From an uncultured candidate division Zixibacteria bacterium (GTDB lineage Bacteria; Zixibacteria; MSB-5A5; UBA10806; 4484-95): a stretch of 64,000 nucleotides of DNA. Each line of letters begins with the position of its first letter. Position 1 is the stretch's first letter. A model generated the notes under the pieces. That model worked only from the letters and a program-made list of their open reading frames with translations. It did not search any database and had not been told where the DNA came from. Positions 30,755-40,912 of this stretch are shown here, one piece after another. The position numbers and the translations under genes were made by a program. The stretch is from contig CAXXKA010000008.1 of NCBI GenBank assembly GCA_963668625.2, forward strand, positions 352,001 to 416,000, read 5' to 3'.

Positions 30755-31417
30755 CTATTTCAATTCCTTTTTGCAGAAATACCAGTCGGTACATTCTACG
30801 CTTGTGTCCTTGACACGCTCGGCGGCCATCTCCTGGGTTTGCGGAGGCGGTACGATAACCTTGTCACCGGGTCGCCAGTTGGCAGGCGTAGCCACGCCGT
30901 TGGCATCGGTGGTTTGAAGCGCCTTGATAGTCCGCAGAATCTCATCCATATTGCGGCCGGTGGTAAGCGGGTAGTAAATCATGGCGCGAAGAACCTGTTT
31001 GTCATCGATGATGAATACGCAGCGGGAGGTTTCGGTTTTGCTCTCGCCGGGCATGATCATCCCGTACTTGGTGGCAACGTCCTTGTTCAAATCGGCTATA
31101 ATCGGGAATTCGATTTTCACACCCATCTTCTCCTCGATATTGCGTGCCCAGGCGATATGCGAATAGACACTATCGATCGATAAACCGAGAAGCTCGGTGT
31201 TGAGCTTTTTAAGCTCGGGATAAATCTCGGCAAAGCCCATGAACTCGGTGGTGCAAACCGGGGTGAAATCGGCCGGATGCGAGAACATGATCAACCAGGA
31301 GCCTTTGTAATCCTCTAATCGGAGTGTGCCGTGGGTTGTGGGAGCCTCGAACTGCGGGGCTTTCTCGCCTAAACGTGGTAATCTTACCTGCTCAACACTT
31401 TGTACTTCTTCTGACAT
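30755..31417 (-). CDS. Peroxiredoxin (Prx6/archaeal-type)
   Basis: FSHPADFTPVCTTEF, YYPLTTGRN.DEILR, TPANW.PG, C..WYFC. Confidence 0.95.
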   Translation of the reverse strand: MSEEVQSVEQVRLPRLGEKAPQFEAPTTHGTLRLEDYKGSWLIMFSHPADFTPVCTTEFMGFAEIYPELKKLNTELLGLSIDSVYSHIAWARNIEEKMGVKIEFPIIADLNKDVATKYGMIMPGESKTETSRCVFIIDDKQVLRAMIYYPLTTGRNMDEILRTIKALQTTDANGVATPANWRPGDKVIVPPPQTQEMAAERVKDTSVECTDWYFCKKELK

Positions 31418-31561
31418 CTTACTAATCCTTTCATTACTATCATCTTATGGCGGCAAGGGCGTCTGGCAAGGGGGGGAAAAGTAACCATCCGCCGTGCTAT
31501 GGTAAAGCCGAACTATCTGGTTCGACAACCATCACCGCCTTATTATTTACTCGTCGCTTAA

Positions 31562-31576
31562 TAAGAATGATTATCA
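31562..31576. promoter_or_regulatory. Fur/PerR-like box upstream of the peroxiredoxin
   Basis: Minus strand TGATAAT-C-ATTCTTA, 12/14 match to the 7-1-7 consensus TGATAAT-N-ATTATCA. Confidence 0.5.
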
Positions 31577-32205
31577 ATACCAAAAAGTTCCGATATGTTA
31601 ATTTTTTAGGATATTTTTTCAATATTGATACGAAGCTTCTATATGCGCCCAATGTTTTTAGCTATAACTTATTAGTACGATGGCGACTATTTATTTATGT
31701 TGCCGAGTGAGGCAATAGGTGAAAATATTCCTCCATCTGGGAGAATAATTCACAATATCAGGATGTCGCTGGGCTATGATTTTAAGACATCCTGTTACGA
31801 TATAACAACCGGCGGTGGAAAACAATTACTGGGCCGTCATGTATCTTTTAACAATCCCTGATTTATCAACGCCATCCAGAGCCATATCTCAGCAACAGGC
31901 CGAATACTTGAGGCTTTCCTGTTATGAATATAACTTGACCCTAAGCACAATATAATTAATCCGGAATTATTTTATCCCAAATCCGGGTTGTGTCAAGTTT
32001 CAAAACCGTTCTGTTGTCTTATTTATTAGAGATTTCTTGCCGATACCTTATAGAACCATGATAGTGAAATTACGAACTTAATTGAGTAACTAATCATGGA
32101 GTTTAGCCTTATTCACTTAGTGTATGGGGGAATTATTATGATTGGTATCTATATTGTTAGGTTTCCAGGCTACTGCCCTGATATATATTTAGGAGAACAT
32201 AGCCA

Positions 32206-33495
32206 ATGAAGTTTAAAAATAACGGATCGCCAAATATAAATCAACAGCATGATATTTTGGATGAGGCCAAGAAGTTATTAAACAATCCCGCCGCTATTCT
32301 TGATAATATAATGGCATCAATGGGGGATGGCCTCAGTATCCAGGACCTGAACATGCGAATCATCTATCAGAACAAATTCATGATCGATAACTTCGGATCT
32401 CATATCGGCGACTATTGTTATAATATCTACGAAAAAAGAAACTCGATATGTAAAGGTTGCCCTATCGCTCAGGCATATCGAACCGGAAAGGTGACAAAGG
32501 CATTAAGGGTAGGGATCACGAAAGAAGGTTTCCCCTTCCGATTCGAAAATATTGCATCGGTTCTTCGAAACGAGCAAGGCGAAATAGTAGCGGGAATCGA
32601 GCTGTGTAGAATCGTCGAGGAACGGGAAAAGGCATTCGATGCCCTGAGAGAAGCAATGGACACCCTGAAACAAACACAGCATCAACTCGTTCGAGCGGAA
32701 AAGCTGGCGGGAATAGGCCAGCTTGCCGCGGGAATAGCTCATGAGATTAATAACCCAACTGCATTCATTTTAAGCAACCTCTCTGCTATTCGAAAATACG
32801 TAGTTAAATTCTTCAGCTATATCGATTCGATGGAGGCGCTGGTTAAAAACCACGAACAAAATAATTCGCAACCGCAAGAGATTCAAAAAGATGTATGGCA
32901 GATTATCAATAGCGATGATTATCGTTACCTGAAAAACGATCTTCCTGAAGTCATAGAGGAATCATTGGACGGCTTACACCGAATTAAAACCATTGTTTCA
33001 AGCTTACTATCGTTTGCGACCTCCAGGGAAGGAGATCGTAGTATTGTTGATATTAATGATGAGATAGAATCGGCGCTAAGACTGGTTATCGAGGAAATCG
33101 ACAAACATAATGCGCAGGTAGTAAAAATACTTGGAGATTTGCCGAAAACCTCTGGCAATCCCAAGCAATTGCGACAAATGTTCGTTAACCTAATCCTAAA
33201 CGCTAACCAGGCGATAGAACCCGGTGGTACAATTACCATAAAATCCGAAATGATAAACAATAATATCAGTATCGAAATATCAGATACCGGTGTAGGCGTA
33301 CCGGAAAATGTTATTAAAAATATTTTCAATCCGTTTTATACCACGCAGGATGTTGGCGAGGGCGTGGGATTAGGATTATCAATCGCGTATCGCATTATCG
33401 AAAGCCATAACGGCAACATTGATATACAAAGCCAACCCGGACAGGGTACCACATTCACGATCAGATTGCCGATTATCTCTGAGGATGAAACATAA
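32206..33495 (+). CDS. Cytoplasmic PAS sensor histidine kinase (NtrB-like)
   Basis: PAS with CY..CKGCP; EKLAGIGQLAAGIAHEINNP H-box; NLILNA, DTGVG, FNPFYTT, GVGLGL. Confidence 0.93.
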   Translation: MKFKNNGSPNINQQHDILDEAKKLLNNPAAILDNIMASMGDGLSIQDLNMRIIYQNKFMIDNFGSHIGDYCYNIYEKRNSICKGCPIAQAYRTGKVTKALRVGITKEGFPFRFENIASVLRNEQGEIVAGIELCRIVEEREKAFDALREAMDTLKQTQHQLVRAEKLAGIGQLAAGIAHEINNPTAFILSNLSAIRKYVVKFFSYIDSMEALVKNHEQNNSQPQEIQKDVWQIINSDDYRYLKNDLPEVIEESLDGLHRIKTIVSSLLSFATSREGDRSIVDINDEIESALRLVIEEIDKHNAQVVKILGDLPKTSGNPKQLRQMFVNLILNANQAIEPGGTITIKSEMINNNISIEISDTGVGVPENVIKNIFNPFYTTQDVGEGVGLGLSIAYRIIESHNGNIDIQSQPGQGTTFTIRLPIISEDET

Positions 33496-33685
33496 AATAT
33501 ACAGGCCGCTCGAATTCAATTCCGCTATAATGTGGCAAATAAATCCCTAACTACCTGTTTTGCTGTCTGTTAGCCAAAATCACAAGCAATATTTATAAAT
33601 CGAGGATCGGGATTAAGTGTAAGGATATATGAAATAGAACAAAATCAGCTTAGCAACATCCATTTGATTTAACATATTTATCAAC

Positions 33686-33913
33686 ACTACTGTCCGGCCT
33701 TTCCATCTCGTTGCGAAGTGCTGGATATTATGAAAAAGCCCTTGCTAAATAGACGAGGTGTTAGGAATCATTTCCTGACACCTGATTTCAGGCGGTATGT
33801 CGCCGGGCAAGGATGAACAAAGAACTTCGCCCGCCCGGCGACGCATGAGACAGTCGTTTTCAACAACCCCAGCGCTTGGAAACCAGGGTAACATCGGCAG
33901 GATATTTCAGGAT
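33686..33913. repeat. Dispersed intergenic repeat, copy B (inverted relative to copy A, different insert)
   Basis: actactgtccggcctttccatctcgttgcgaagtgctg and tggaaaccag...aacatcggcaggatatttcaggat match the reverse complement of 16703-16855. Confidence 0.7.
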
Positions 33914-34156
33914 AGAAGCCAAGCGATATCATGTATCGGGAAATAGCTTTCGCCTACAGTTCCAGGGAGAAATTAAAAATTAACAGAGGTACACCCGGCG
34001 CTAGTGATTTATCAACTAAATATTTTTTCCCACAACTAAATACGAATACTCACGTAATAAAATCTGTAGGCAAATTTGAATATTGGTTGTGTTTTGATGT
34101 TTGTTAGCGTATTCAATTCTATTAACATTTTACTATATCACAAAAGGAGCTGATTT

Positions 34157-35449
34157 ATGAAGCGATACGTAATGGCTGTTGTCCTCCTGCTACTGATTTC
34201 CTCGATCGGTTATTCCGCCGACTGGCAAATTACCGAGCTGGATAACGGCCTCAGAGTGATGATTTTAGAGAACCACCAGGTGCCGCAGGTGAATATCTCT
34301 ACCGCAATTGGCGTGGGCGCTAAAAACGAATCTGATTATTTCGATGGCGCGACTCACTTGTTGGAGCATCTGATACTTTTCCGAGGCACGGAGGAGATGA
34401 CCGGCGAGGAGCTGGGCGAGGCGATGACCAAACACGGCGCTTATTTCAACGGCTACACCTCATCCGACTGGACCGATTTCGTGATATCCCTACCGAAAGA
34501 GAATCTCGATTTCGCGTTGAAAATCCACTCTGATATGCTGTTCAGATCGAATTTTCCCAAAGATGAGATGGACAAAGAGCGTCAGGCGGTACTCGAGGAA
34601 ATCAATATCTCGAAAGACAGCCCGTTCTCCAACGCCTACAGGGCAAGTGTGAAAGAGCTGTTCGGCGATCATCCGTATTCCAAGGATGTCCTGGGGCCGA
34701 AAGAGAACGTGAGGGACATTCCCCGAGATTCGGTATACGCTTATTACAAACGCTATTACGCGCCCAACAATATGTCGATGGCCATAGTGGGGGATTTCGA
34801 CGCCGCCAAGGCTCTCGAACTGGTGGAAAAGTATTTCGGCGATTTTCCCCGTGGCGAGGATGTCGTTGACAATTATAAAAAGCCGCCGGTGCATAAAAAG
34901 ATAACAGAAATCGAACTCAAACAGGATGTCGCCCAATCGTATCTTCTGATGAGTTCCATCGGCCCGAAAATCGACAGCCCCGATCAATTCTCAATGGATT
35001 TGATTGCCACCATACTCGGCGACGGCGAATCGAGCCGTTTCTGGAAGAAACTCAGGGAGGAGCTGGGCCTGGTTTATTCAACCAGTTTCAATTTCTACAC
35101 GAAAAAGTATGAGGGTATGATGTTCGCGTTCGCTACGCTCGATCAGACTAATATCATACCGGTAGAGAACGCCATCAACGATATTTTGAACGATGTCAAA
35201 GCCAACGGTTTCACCGAGCGTGAACTTCGCAAAGCTAAAAACCAGATCAAAACCAACTACTACACCTCAAAAGAGCGCGGCCTCGATTTAGCCGACAGCT
35301 ACGCCCAGTATAATTCGTTCTACGGCTACGAGTTCGTCCGCGATTATCCACGAGAAATAGAAAGCGTGACCCTGGACGATTTAAACGCGGCGGCATTGAA
35401 ATACTTGAACACCGACTCCTATGTCAAAACCACGGTGGTACCTAAATGA
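34157..35449 (+). CDS. M16 (pitrilysin-family) peptidase, catalytic subunit, exported
   Basis: Signal peptide; HLLEH (HxxEH), NGYTS, ERQAVLEE, SSR..KLREELGLVYS. Confidence 0.93.
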   Translation: MKRYVMAVVLLLLISSIGYSADWQITELDNGLRVMILENHQVPQVNISTAIGVGAKNESDYFDGATHLLEHLILFRGTEEMTGEELGEAMTKHGAYFNGYTSSDWTDFVISLPKENLDFALKIHSDMLFRSNFPKDEMDKERQAVLEEINISKDSPFSNAYRASVKELFGDHPYSKDVLGPKENVRDIPRDSVYAYYKRYYAPNNMSMAIVGDFDAAKALELVEKYFGDFPRGEDVVDNYKKPPVHKKITEIELKQDVAQSYLLMSSIGPKIDSPDQFSMDLIATILGDGESSRFWKKLREELGLVYSTSFNFYTKKYEGMMFAFATLDQTNIIPVENAINDILNDVKANGFTERELRKAKNQIKTNYYTSKERGLDLADSYAQYNSFYGYEFVRDYPREIESVTLDDLNAAALKYLNTDSYVKTTVVPK

Positions 35450-36768
35450 AAACAAACAGAATAACCATATCGATACTAATTTTGGTCGCCATGATATTAT
35501 CCCTTAGCTGCGGCCAAAAAGCTGGCCCGGTAACATTAGGCGGTGACGGCTACGGCAAAACGGTTCTTCCAAATGGCGTAACAGTGCTCGTTAATCATGA
35601 TAACACGACGCAGCTATCCTCGGTGAGATTCCTTTTCGCAGGCGGTGTGCTTACCGAAAACTCCGACAATAACGGTATCACGAATCTGACAACGAATATG
35701 CTTCTAAAAGGAAACAGTACCATGAGCGCCGCCGAGATTAGCGAGGAGCTTGATTTTCTTGGCTCCAGTGTTCAGCTCTATGCGTTCCGTGATTACTCCG
35801 TTATATCGTTTACCTCTCTTACCGAAAATTTCGACAGGGCGCTGGAGATAATTACCCAATCGATAGCCTCACCCGCTTTTCCTGAGGAGGAGCTGGAAAA
35901 GTTTAAACATCAGGTGACAGGCCAGATAAAAGCAGCCAATGATAATCAATCACAAGCATCATCCGACCTTTACTGGAAAACAGCCTACGGCGATCAGGGC
36001 TACGGTCTGCCCACGATCGGTACGGAGGAATCTATCGCCAATATTACCACCACGGATATTAAAGCTCATTACGATAAATACTACGGTGGCGGGAATATCT
36101 ATTTCTCCATAGCCACCGATTTACCAATAGAAAAAACAAACGCTCTGATCGAAAAATATATCGCCGTTATTAAGACCGAGGTCGAACCGATTCCGACTCC
36201 CTCATTAGCTTTGCAAGATAACAAAACGGGATTCATACCATTCGATCGCAACCAGTCGTTTATCTATACAGGCGTCTTGCTCGATCCCATGAGCAAAGAG
36301 CAAGCTCCCTACCTGGCGCTTCTGAACGAGATAATGGGCAGCGGTGTCAGTTCGCGCCTGTGGTACCTTCGCCAGAGAGAGAAATTAGCTTACGCCGTTT
36401 ACACCCAATATTTCACCGATAAATACGACGCGTCTTTCAGATCGGCTATCGGTACGGATACCAGTAAGGTGAAACTTGCATTAAGCTCGCTTGATAGGGA
36501 ATGGGCAAAACTCGTGAGCGATGGTATAACTGAGAACGAACTTGTCGATGCCAGAATCAACATGAAAAACTCGATGGTCTTTCGTATCGATAAAAAACAG
36601 AACCGTGCCAATTACATGGCCTATTTCGACTACATGGGCCTTGGCTATCGTTACCCGCTCGAGTCGATAAACATGGCTAAAAACATTACTACAGACCAGA
36701 TCAATCAATTCCTTAAAGCTAATTTCACCGATGATCGTCGGTTTACCTCGGTAGTCGGCAAGATGTAG
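35446..36768 (+). CDS. M16 peptidase non-catalytic partner subunit, lipoprotein
   Basis: LSLSC lipobox; no HxxEH (NLTTN); SSRLW.LRQREKLAY; ATGA overlap with the upstream gene. Confidence 0.88.
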   Translation: MKTNRITISILILVAMILSLSCGQKAGPVTLGGDGYGKTVLPNGVTVLVNHDNTTQLSSVRFLFAGGVLTENSDNNGITNLTTNMLLKGNSTMSAAEISEELDFLGSSVQLYAFRDYSVISFTSLTENFDRALEIITQSIASPAFPEEELEKFKHQVTGQIKAANDNQSQASSDLYWKTAYGDQGYGLPTIGTEESIANITTTDIKAHYDKYYGGGNIYFSIATDLPIEKTNALIEKYIAVIKTEVEPIPTPSLALQDNKTGFIPFDRNQSFIYTGVLLDPMSKEQAPYLALLNEIMGSGVSSRLWYLRQREKLAYAVYTQYFTDKYDASFRSAIGTDTSKVKLALSSLDREWAKLVSDGITENELVDARINMKNSMVFRIDKKQNRANYMAYFDYMGLGYRYPLESINMAKNITTDQINQFLKANFTDDRRFTSVVGKM

Positions 36769-36803
36769 TACATATTAAGACTTGCTTTAAAGTCATTTCA
36801 CGG

Positions 36804-36833
36804 CGGGGTTGTGTAATAGCAGCCCCGTTTTTT
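36804..36833 (+). terminator. Rho-independent terminator after the M16 pair
   Basis: cggggttg...cagccccg followed by T6. Confidence 0.75.
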
Positions 36834-37345
36834 ATTTCCAGCTCGCTCGAGTAGCCTGACCCGACAGCATAACACCACCGGGCCGTATTAGCTTTTATTA
36901 ATTGATTATAAAATTACTAACCTATTGCTAACAAACAACTCACTACCATTAACCGGTAGGATACGTCCCCTGCCTCACGCGCTAAAGGTTGATATCTATC
37001 GCCAATTGTAAGCTCACCGCCATTAACAGGAGAGGTTAGCCTTACGCAATGCCGAATGGTAATCTGAAATTTCCTATAGACATCTACATATTGGTATAAT
37101 ATTATTCCAAAAGCATTTCAAATACGTTACCAGGTTTTGGGCTGTTGGAAAAGCTCTTTGCTATAGAAAAACAAACACCGGCCGTAGGGGCACGACATAC
37201 CGGCCATCACCGGCTGGGACTTCATGCTTAAAGCGTAAGTCAGATAAATTGTTTTTTCGATAGTTCCCCCCAACCGTAACGTTTCGCACCGGGATATAAA
37301 GCTCAACTCATCACCGAAAACCGCAATTACAGCGGTGTCTTCTCC

Positions 37346-39121
37346 GTGTGTCCCGGCATCCTATACTTGATATTTAAAACTCACCTTAAGCAACGGAGGT
37401 GTGCCATAGCCAGCATACGAAACAAACGGACCTACACGCTACTCGATAGCCTTGATCAGCTCAAAACGAGTTTCGGATCAAAGCCGGCAAGAGACAAAAC
37501 CGCGATTGTTAAAGTGCTCGCAAAGCGGGATATTACCGATGTCAACGAGCTCGAGCGTTATCACGATATACTGTGTTTCCTGCGCGCCTATCCCGATAAC
37601 GCCGGCTTTCTGAAACTGGTCGAGCATGAGCTGGGTAATTTCAGGAATCGGATAGAAACCTATAAGCTGGACTCGGGTGATATGGAGGCTGAGTACCTGG
37701 CCGATACCGGCATAGTGGGCTCCGGCTTGAGTCACACGTTCAGTTTCGAACTGACAGTCTCGTTATCGGAATGGTTCGGTAACCGGGTGGAGATAGACTG
37801 GGAGCAATATTACGAAAGCGAGAACGACACGATCTCGGCGTTTCTACCGCTGATAGTATCGTACCAGGAGAACGACACGCTCGATAACGACCTGGAAACC
37901 GCTACCCGCGAGTGGTTGAATATCGCCGGTAGCGCTAAGGATAAAACCGAGCTGGCCATACTTCTCAAGATGATACGAACTTCCGGTCTGCCGCGAGCGG
38001 TGCAACGCCACCTGTTCGAGAACGCCGAGATAGCAATACGCTGGAACCTGACAGACTGCCCGGCCTCGCGGACATTGAAACGAATACCATTCGGCAAGCG
38101 TTTCTATCAGTCCAGGCCGATGATCGGCCGCACACCTGACCTTCGCGCGAGATTGAAACAGAGTGCCCCGAAACTAAGCAAGCTATCATACGCTGAAGGC
38201 AGTAAGTATGTCCGTCACATACGGGAGGTGCTTGGCGTTAGATGCCGCGAGTTATACCCGCTCATCCACTCTGACCACCGCGAGGTTTACACCTACGAGC
38301 CCGGCCGCGGCCTGCAGCTCGTGGTGCTCGGCGATATTGTCGATATACGCCTGCCGCTCGAGTCGAATTTCGGCGCCATGCTCATTCGCAACGGCATGCC
38401 GGTCGGTTACGGTATCGGCTGTATGCTGTTTGACCGGGTGGAGATCGCGATAAACATATTCCCGGCCTATCGCACCGGCGAGTCCTCGTTCATCATCGAG
38501 GAGTTCTTCCGTCTGTTCTACGCTCATTTCGGCGCGCGGGTGCTTCTGGTACGCGCCTATCAGGTAGGGGATGAGAACAACATGGAGGCGCTCGAGTCCG
38601 GCTCGTTCTGGTTCTACTACAAGCTGGGGTTCCGTCCCGTGAAAAAAAGCGTGCGCGAGCTGGCCGCTAAAGAGTACGAGAAGATAAAATCGAGAAAGGG
38701 CTACCGCACGCCGCTTGCCACACTAAAGCGTCTTGCCAAAAGCGATATATTCTTTCATATCGATCCCGGCAAGATGGACAGTTTCGAGGAGCTATCGCTT
38801 ATCGATCTCGGCTACACTGTCACAAAATATATAGCGAGCAAGCACGACGGCGACCGCAAACAGGCCACGGACAGATCGGCGGCACGGACAATCAAGCGTC
38901 TCGGCATAAGGGATATCAAAAGCTGGACTGATGATGAGCTAACCTCACTGCGCCGCCTGTCCCCGCTGATGGACTGCATAAAGGGGATAGACAGTTGGAG
39001 CGCGAAAGAGAAAACCGACCTGGCAAAGATAATCCGCGCCAAAGGCTCCGCCAGCCAGAGGCGGTACACGCTGCTGTGTAATAGGCATGGGCGGTTTAGG
39101 GGGGTGTTGGAGAATCTATAA
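37346..39121 (+). CDS. Conserved-looking hypothetical protein with a GNAT-like segment (start uncertain, possibly ATA at 37406)
   Basis: Long GC-rich ORF; LCFLRAYPD, RNGMPVGYG, ALESGSFWFYYKLGFRP; SD GGAGGT directly precedes ATA 37406. Confidence 0.75.
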   Translation: MCPGILYLIFKTHLKQRRCAIASIRNKRTYTLLDSLDQLKTSFGSKPARDKTAIVKVLAKRDITDVNELERYHDILCFLRAYPDNAGFLKLVEHELGNFRNRIETYKLDSGDMEAEYLADTGIVGSGLSHTFSFELTVSLSEWFGNRVEIDWEQYYESENDTISAFLPLIVSYQENDTLDNDLETATREWLNIAGSAKDKTELAILLKMIRTSGLPRAVQRHLFENAEIAIRWNLTDCPASRTLKRIPFGKRFYQSRPMIGRTPDLRARLKQSAPKLSKLSYAEGSKYVRHIREVLGVRCRELYPLIHSDHREVYTYEPGRGLQLVVLGDIVDIRLPLESNFGAMLIRNGMPVGYGIGCMLFDRVEIAINIFPAYRTGESSFIIEEFFRLFYAHFGARVLLVRAYQVGDENNMEALESGSFWFYYKLGFRPVKKSVRELAAKEYEKIKSRKGYRTPLATLKRLAKSDIFFHIDPGKMDSFEELSLIDLGYTVTKYIASKHDGDRKQATDRSAARTIKRLGIRDIKSWTDDELTSLRRLSPLMDCIKGIDSWSAKEKTDLAKIIRAKGSASQRRYTLLCNRHGRFRGVLENL

Positions 39122-39354
39122 ATACAACCATAATAGGGCGCATAACCCATTATTTAATTTGGCGTATCTCGTTATATTTTATTACTTTATGGAAATTCAA
39201 TAAGCAGATTGTATTATCAATCATTCATCAGTATTTACAGAATAAAAACCAATTTTTGTTGATAAGTTGTTAAATAAGTGTTGACAAAATGTATATAAAA
39301 TATAATATTGTAAACATACAGGATAGTGCCGATATTACAATCAAGGAAAATACA

Positions 39355-40554
39355 ATGATTGGGCAAAAAATTAAACAGGCTAGATTAGCATCGGGTTATA
39401 CTCTTCAAAAGCTAGTTGAGTTATTAGGTAAGAATGGTTTAGAAATAACAAGAGCCGGCTTATCTAATTACGAAAATAATAAAAGATATCCTAAACCTTC
39501 CGCTATTTTAAAATTAGCAAAAGCATTAAATGTAAAACCTAGTTTTTTTGTTAAGGAAAGTAATTCAATAATAGAATGGAAATCTTTTAGAAAGCATTCC
39601 CGTTTAGGAAAACATCAACAAGAACAAATACAAGCTCAAGCGCAGAGCAGTATTGAAAACCATGTTTATCTTTATAATTTATTATACCCTTCAAAGGAAA
39701 TTGGTTTTGGAAAACCTAAGCGAATAAAAAGTATTAATGATATAGAAAATAAAGCCATAGAGCTTAGGAAAAAATGGAAATTAGGATTAAATCCTATTGA
39801 AAGCATGACTCAAATACTTGAAGATAATGGTGGAATAATACTTGAACAGGAAACTGATAATTCTGATTTTGATGGATTATCTGGAATAGCAAATAATGTG
39901 TTTCCTGTTATTATAAGAAAAAATGAAGCTGCAATCGATAGAGCGAGATTTAACCTAGCGCATGAATTGGGGCACCTTTATCTTGAAGGGGAAGAACTTA
40001 GCGCAAAAGAAGAAGAAAGATTTGCCAATAGGTTTGCTAGTTCCTTTTTAGTGCCGAAGCAAATGGTCTATAATGAACTTGGCGAGAAACGCAATTCGAT
40101 AAGTTTAGAAGAATTGGCTATACTAAAGAGAAAGTATGGCATGAGTATGCAAGCCTGGATTTATCGTGCTCATGAGCTTGGTGTTATTAGCGATAGCTTA
40201 TATAGAAAGATTTGTATTAGTTTCAATTCAAGAGGTTGGAAGAAAAAAGAACCTGGTGAATATAAAGGTGAAGAGAAAGCGACAAAGCTGAGGCAAATGG
40301 TTCTTAGGGCTCTTTCGGAAAGTATAATTACCCCTATTAAAGCAAATGAAATTATACCAAATATTGTTAAAGAAGATCGGAAGAATTTGGATAGAAATAA
40401 AATGCTCGCTTCAAAACTTCTAGAAATGCCTAAGGATAAACGGTCTAAAATTCTTGAAAAAGCTATACTTATAGCACACGAAAACGAACTCTTTGATGAA
40501 GAGTTAATTGATAATGATATTGTAGATTTATATGATTCAAAAAAGCTCACTTAA
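39355..40554 (+). CDS. XRE HTH plus ImmA/IrrE (M78) metallopeptidase with an extra acidic C-terminal tail
   Basis: IGQKIKQARL..GYT...LSNYENNKRYP; FRK; RARFNLAHELGH; EERFANRFASSFL; LKRKYGMSMQA. SD aagga before ATG 39355. Confidence 0.9.
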   Translation: MIGQKIKQARLASGYTLQKLVELLGKNGLEITRAGLSNYENNKRYPKPSAILKLAKALNVKPSFFVKESNSIIEWKSFRKHSRLGKHQQEQIQAQAQSSIENHVYLYNLLYPSKEIGFGKPKRIKSINDIENKAIELRKKWKLGLNPIESMTQILEDNGGIILEQETDNSDFDGLSGIANNVFPVIIRKNEAAIDRARFNLAHELGHLYLEGEELSAKEEERFANRFASSFLVPKQMVYNELGEKRNSISLEELAILKRKYGMSMQAWIYRAHELGVISDSLYRKICISFNSRGWKKKEPGEYKGEEKATKLRQMVLRALSESIITPIKANEIIPNIVKEDRKNLDRNKMLASKLLEMPKDKRSKILEKAILIAHENELFDEELIDNDIVDLYDSKKLT

Positions 40555-40897
40555 AAGAGGCGAGATTTGGTTAGTTAACTTCGATCCATCAATTGGATCA
40601 GAGATTAAAAAATCAAGACCTGCGGCAATTATTACTTCCGATGTTTTGATAGGTTCAAATAAATTACCAAATCAAATTGTTGTGCCGCTACGTAGTTGGA
40701 AAGCAGAATTCGATGAAATTCCCTGGTATATTACTATTACGAAATCTAAGTTAAATAATTTAAGTAATGATTCTATAGCTGATACTACTCAAATCAAATC
40801 TATATCCAACAAACGATTTGTTCATAAAATTGGTGATCTAGATAGTCAATTATTAGAGGAAATCATTGCAGGCGTGCTGCTTTGTATAGATTCTTAA
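40532..40897 (+). CDS. mazF: PemK/MazF family toxin (endoribonuclease)
   Basis: RGEIWLVNFDPSIGSEIKKSRPA, IVVPL, L..DS.A...QIKSIS..RF..KIG. Confidence 0.9.
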   Translation: MIQKSSLKRGEIWLVNFDPSIGSEIKKSRPAAIITSDVLIGSNKLPNQIVVPLRSWKAEFDEIPWYITITKSKLNNLSNDSIADTTQIKSISNKRFVHKIGDLDSQLLEEIIAGVLLCIDS

Positions 40898-40912
40898 ATA
40901 TCTTCCCCCCCC

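Noticed and set aside
31447-31800. 87-aa ORF and hairpins between prx and the kinase
   Set aside because: The ORF overlaps the probable prx promoter and has no SD or motif; the hairpins match no RNA family I recognise.
35446-36768. Loss of HxxEH as a novel pseudo-enzyme
   Set aside because: Active/inactive heterodimers are the established norm for M16B peptidases.
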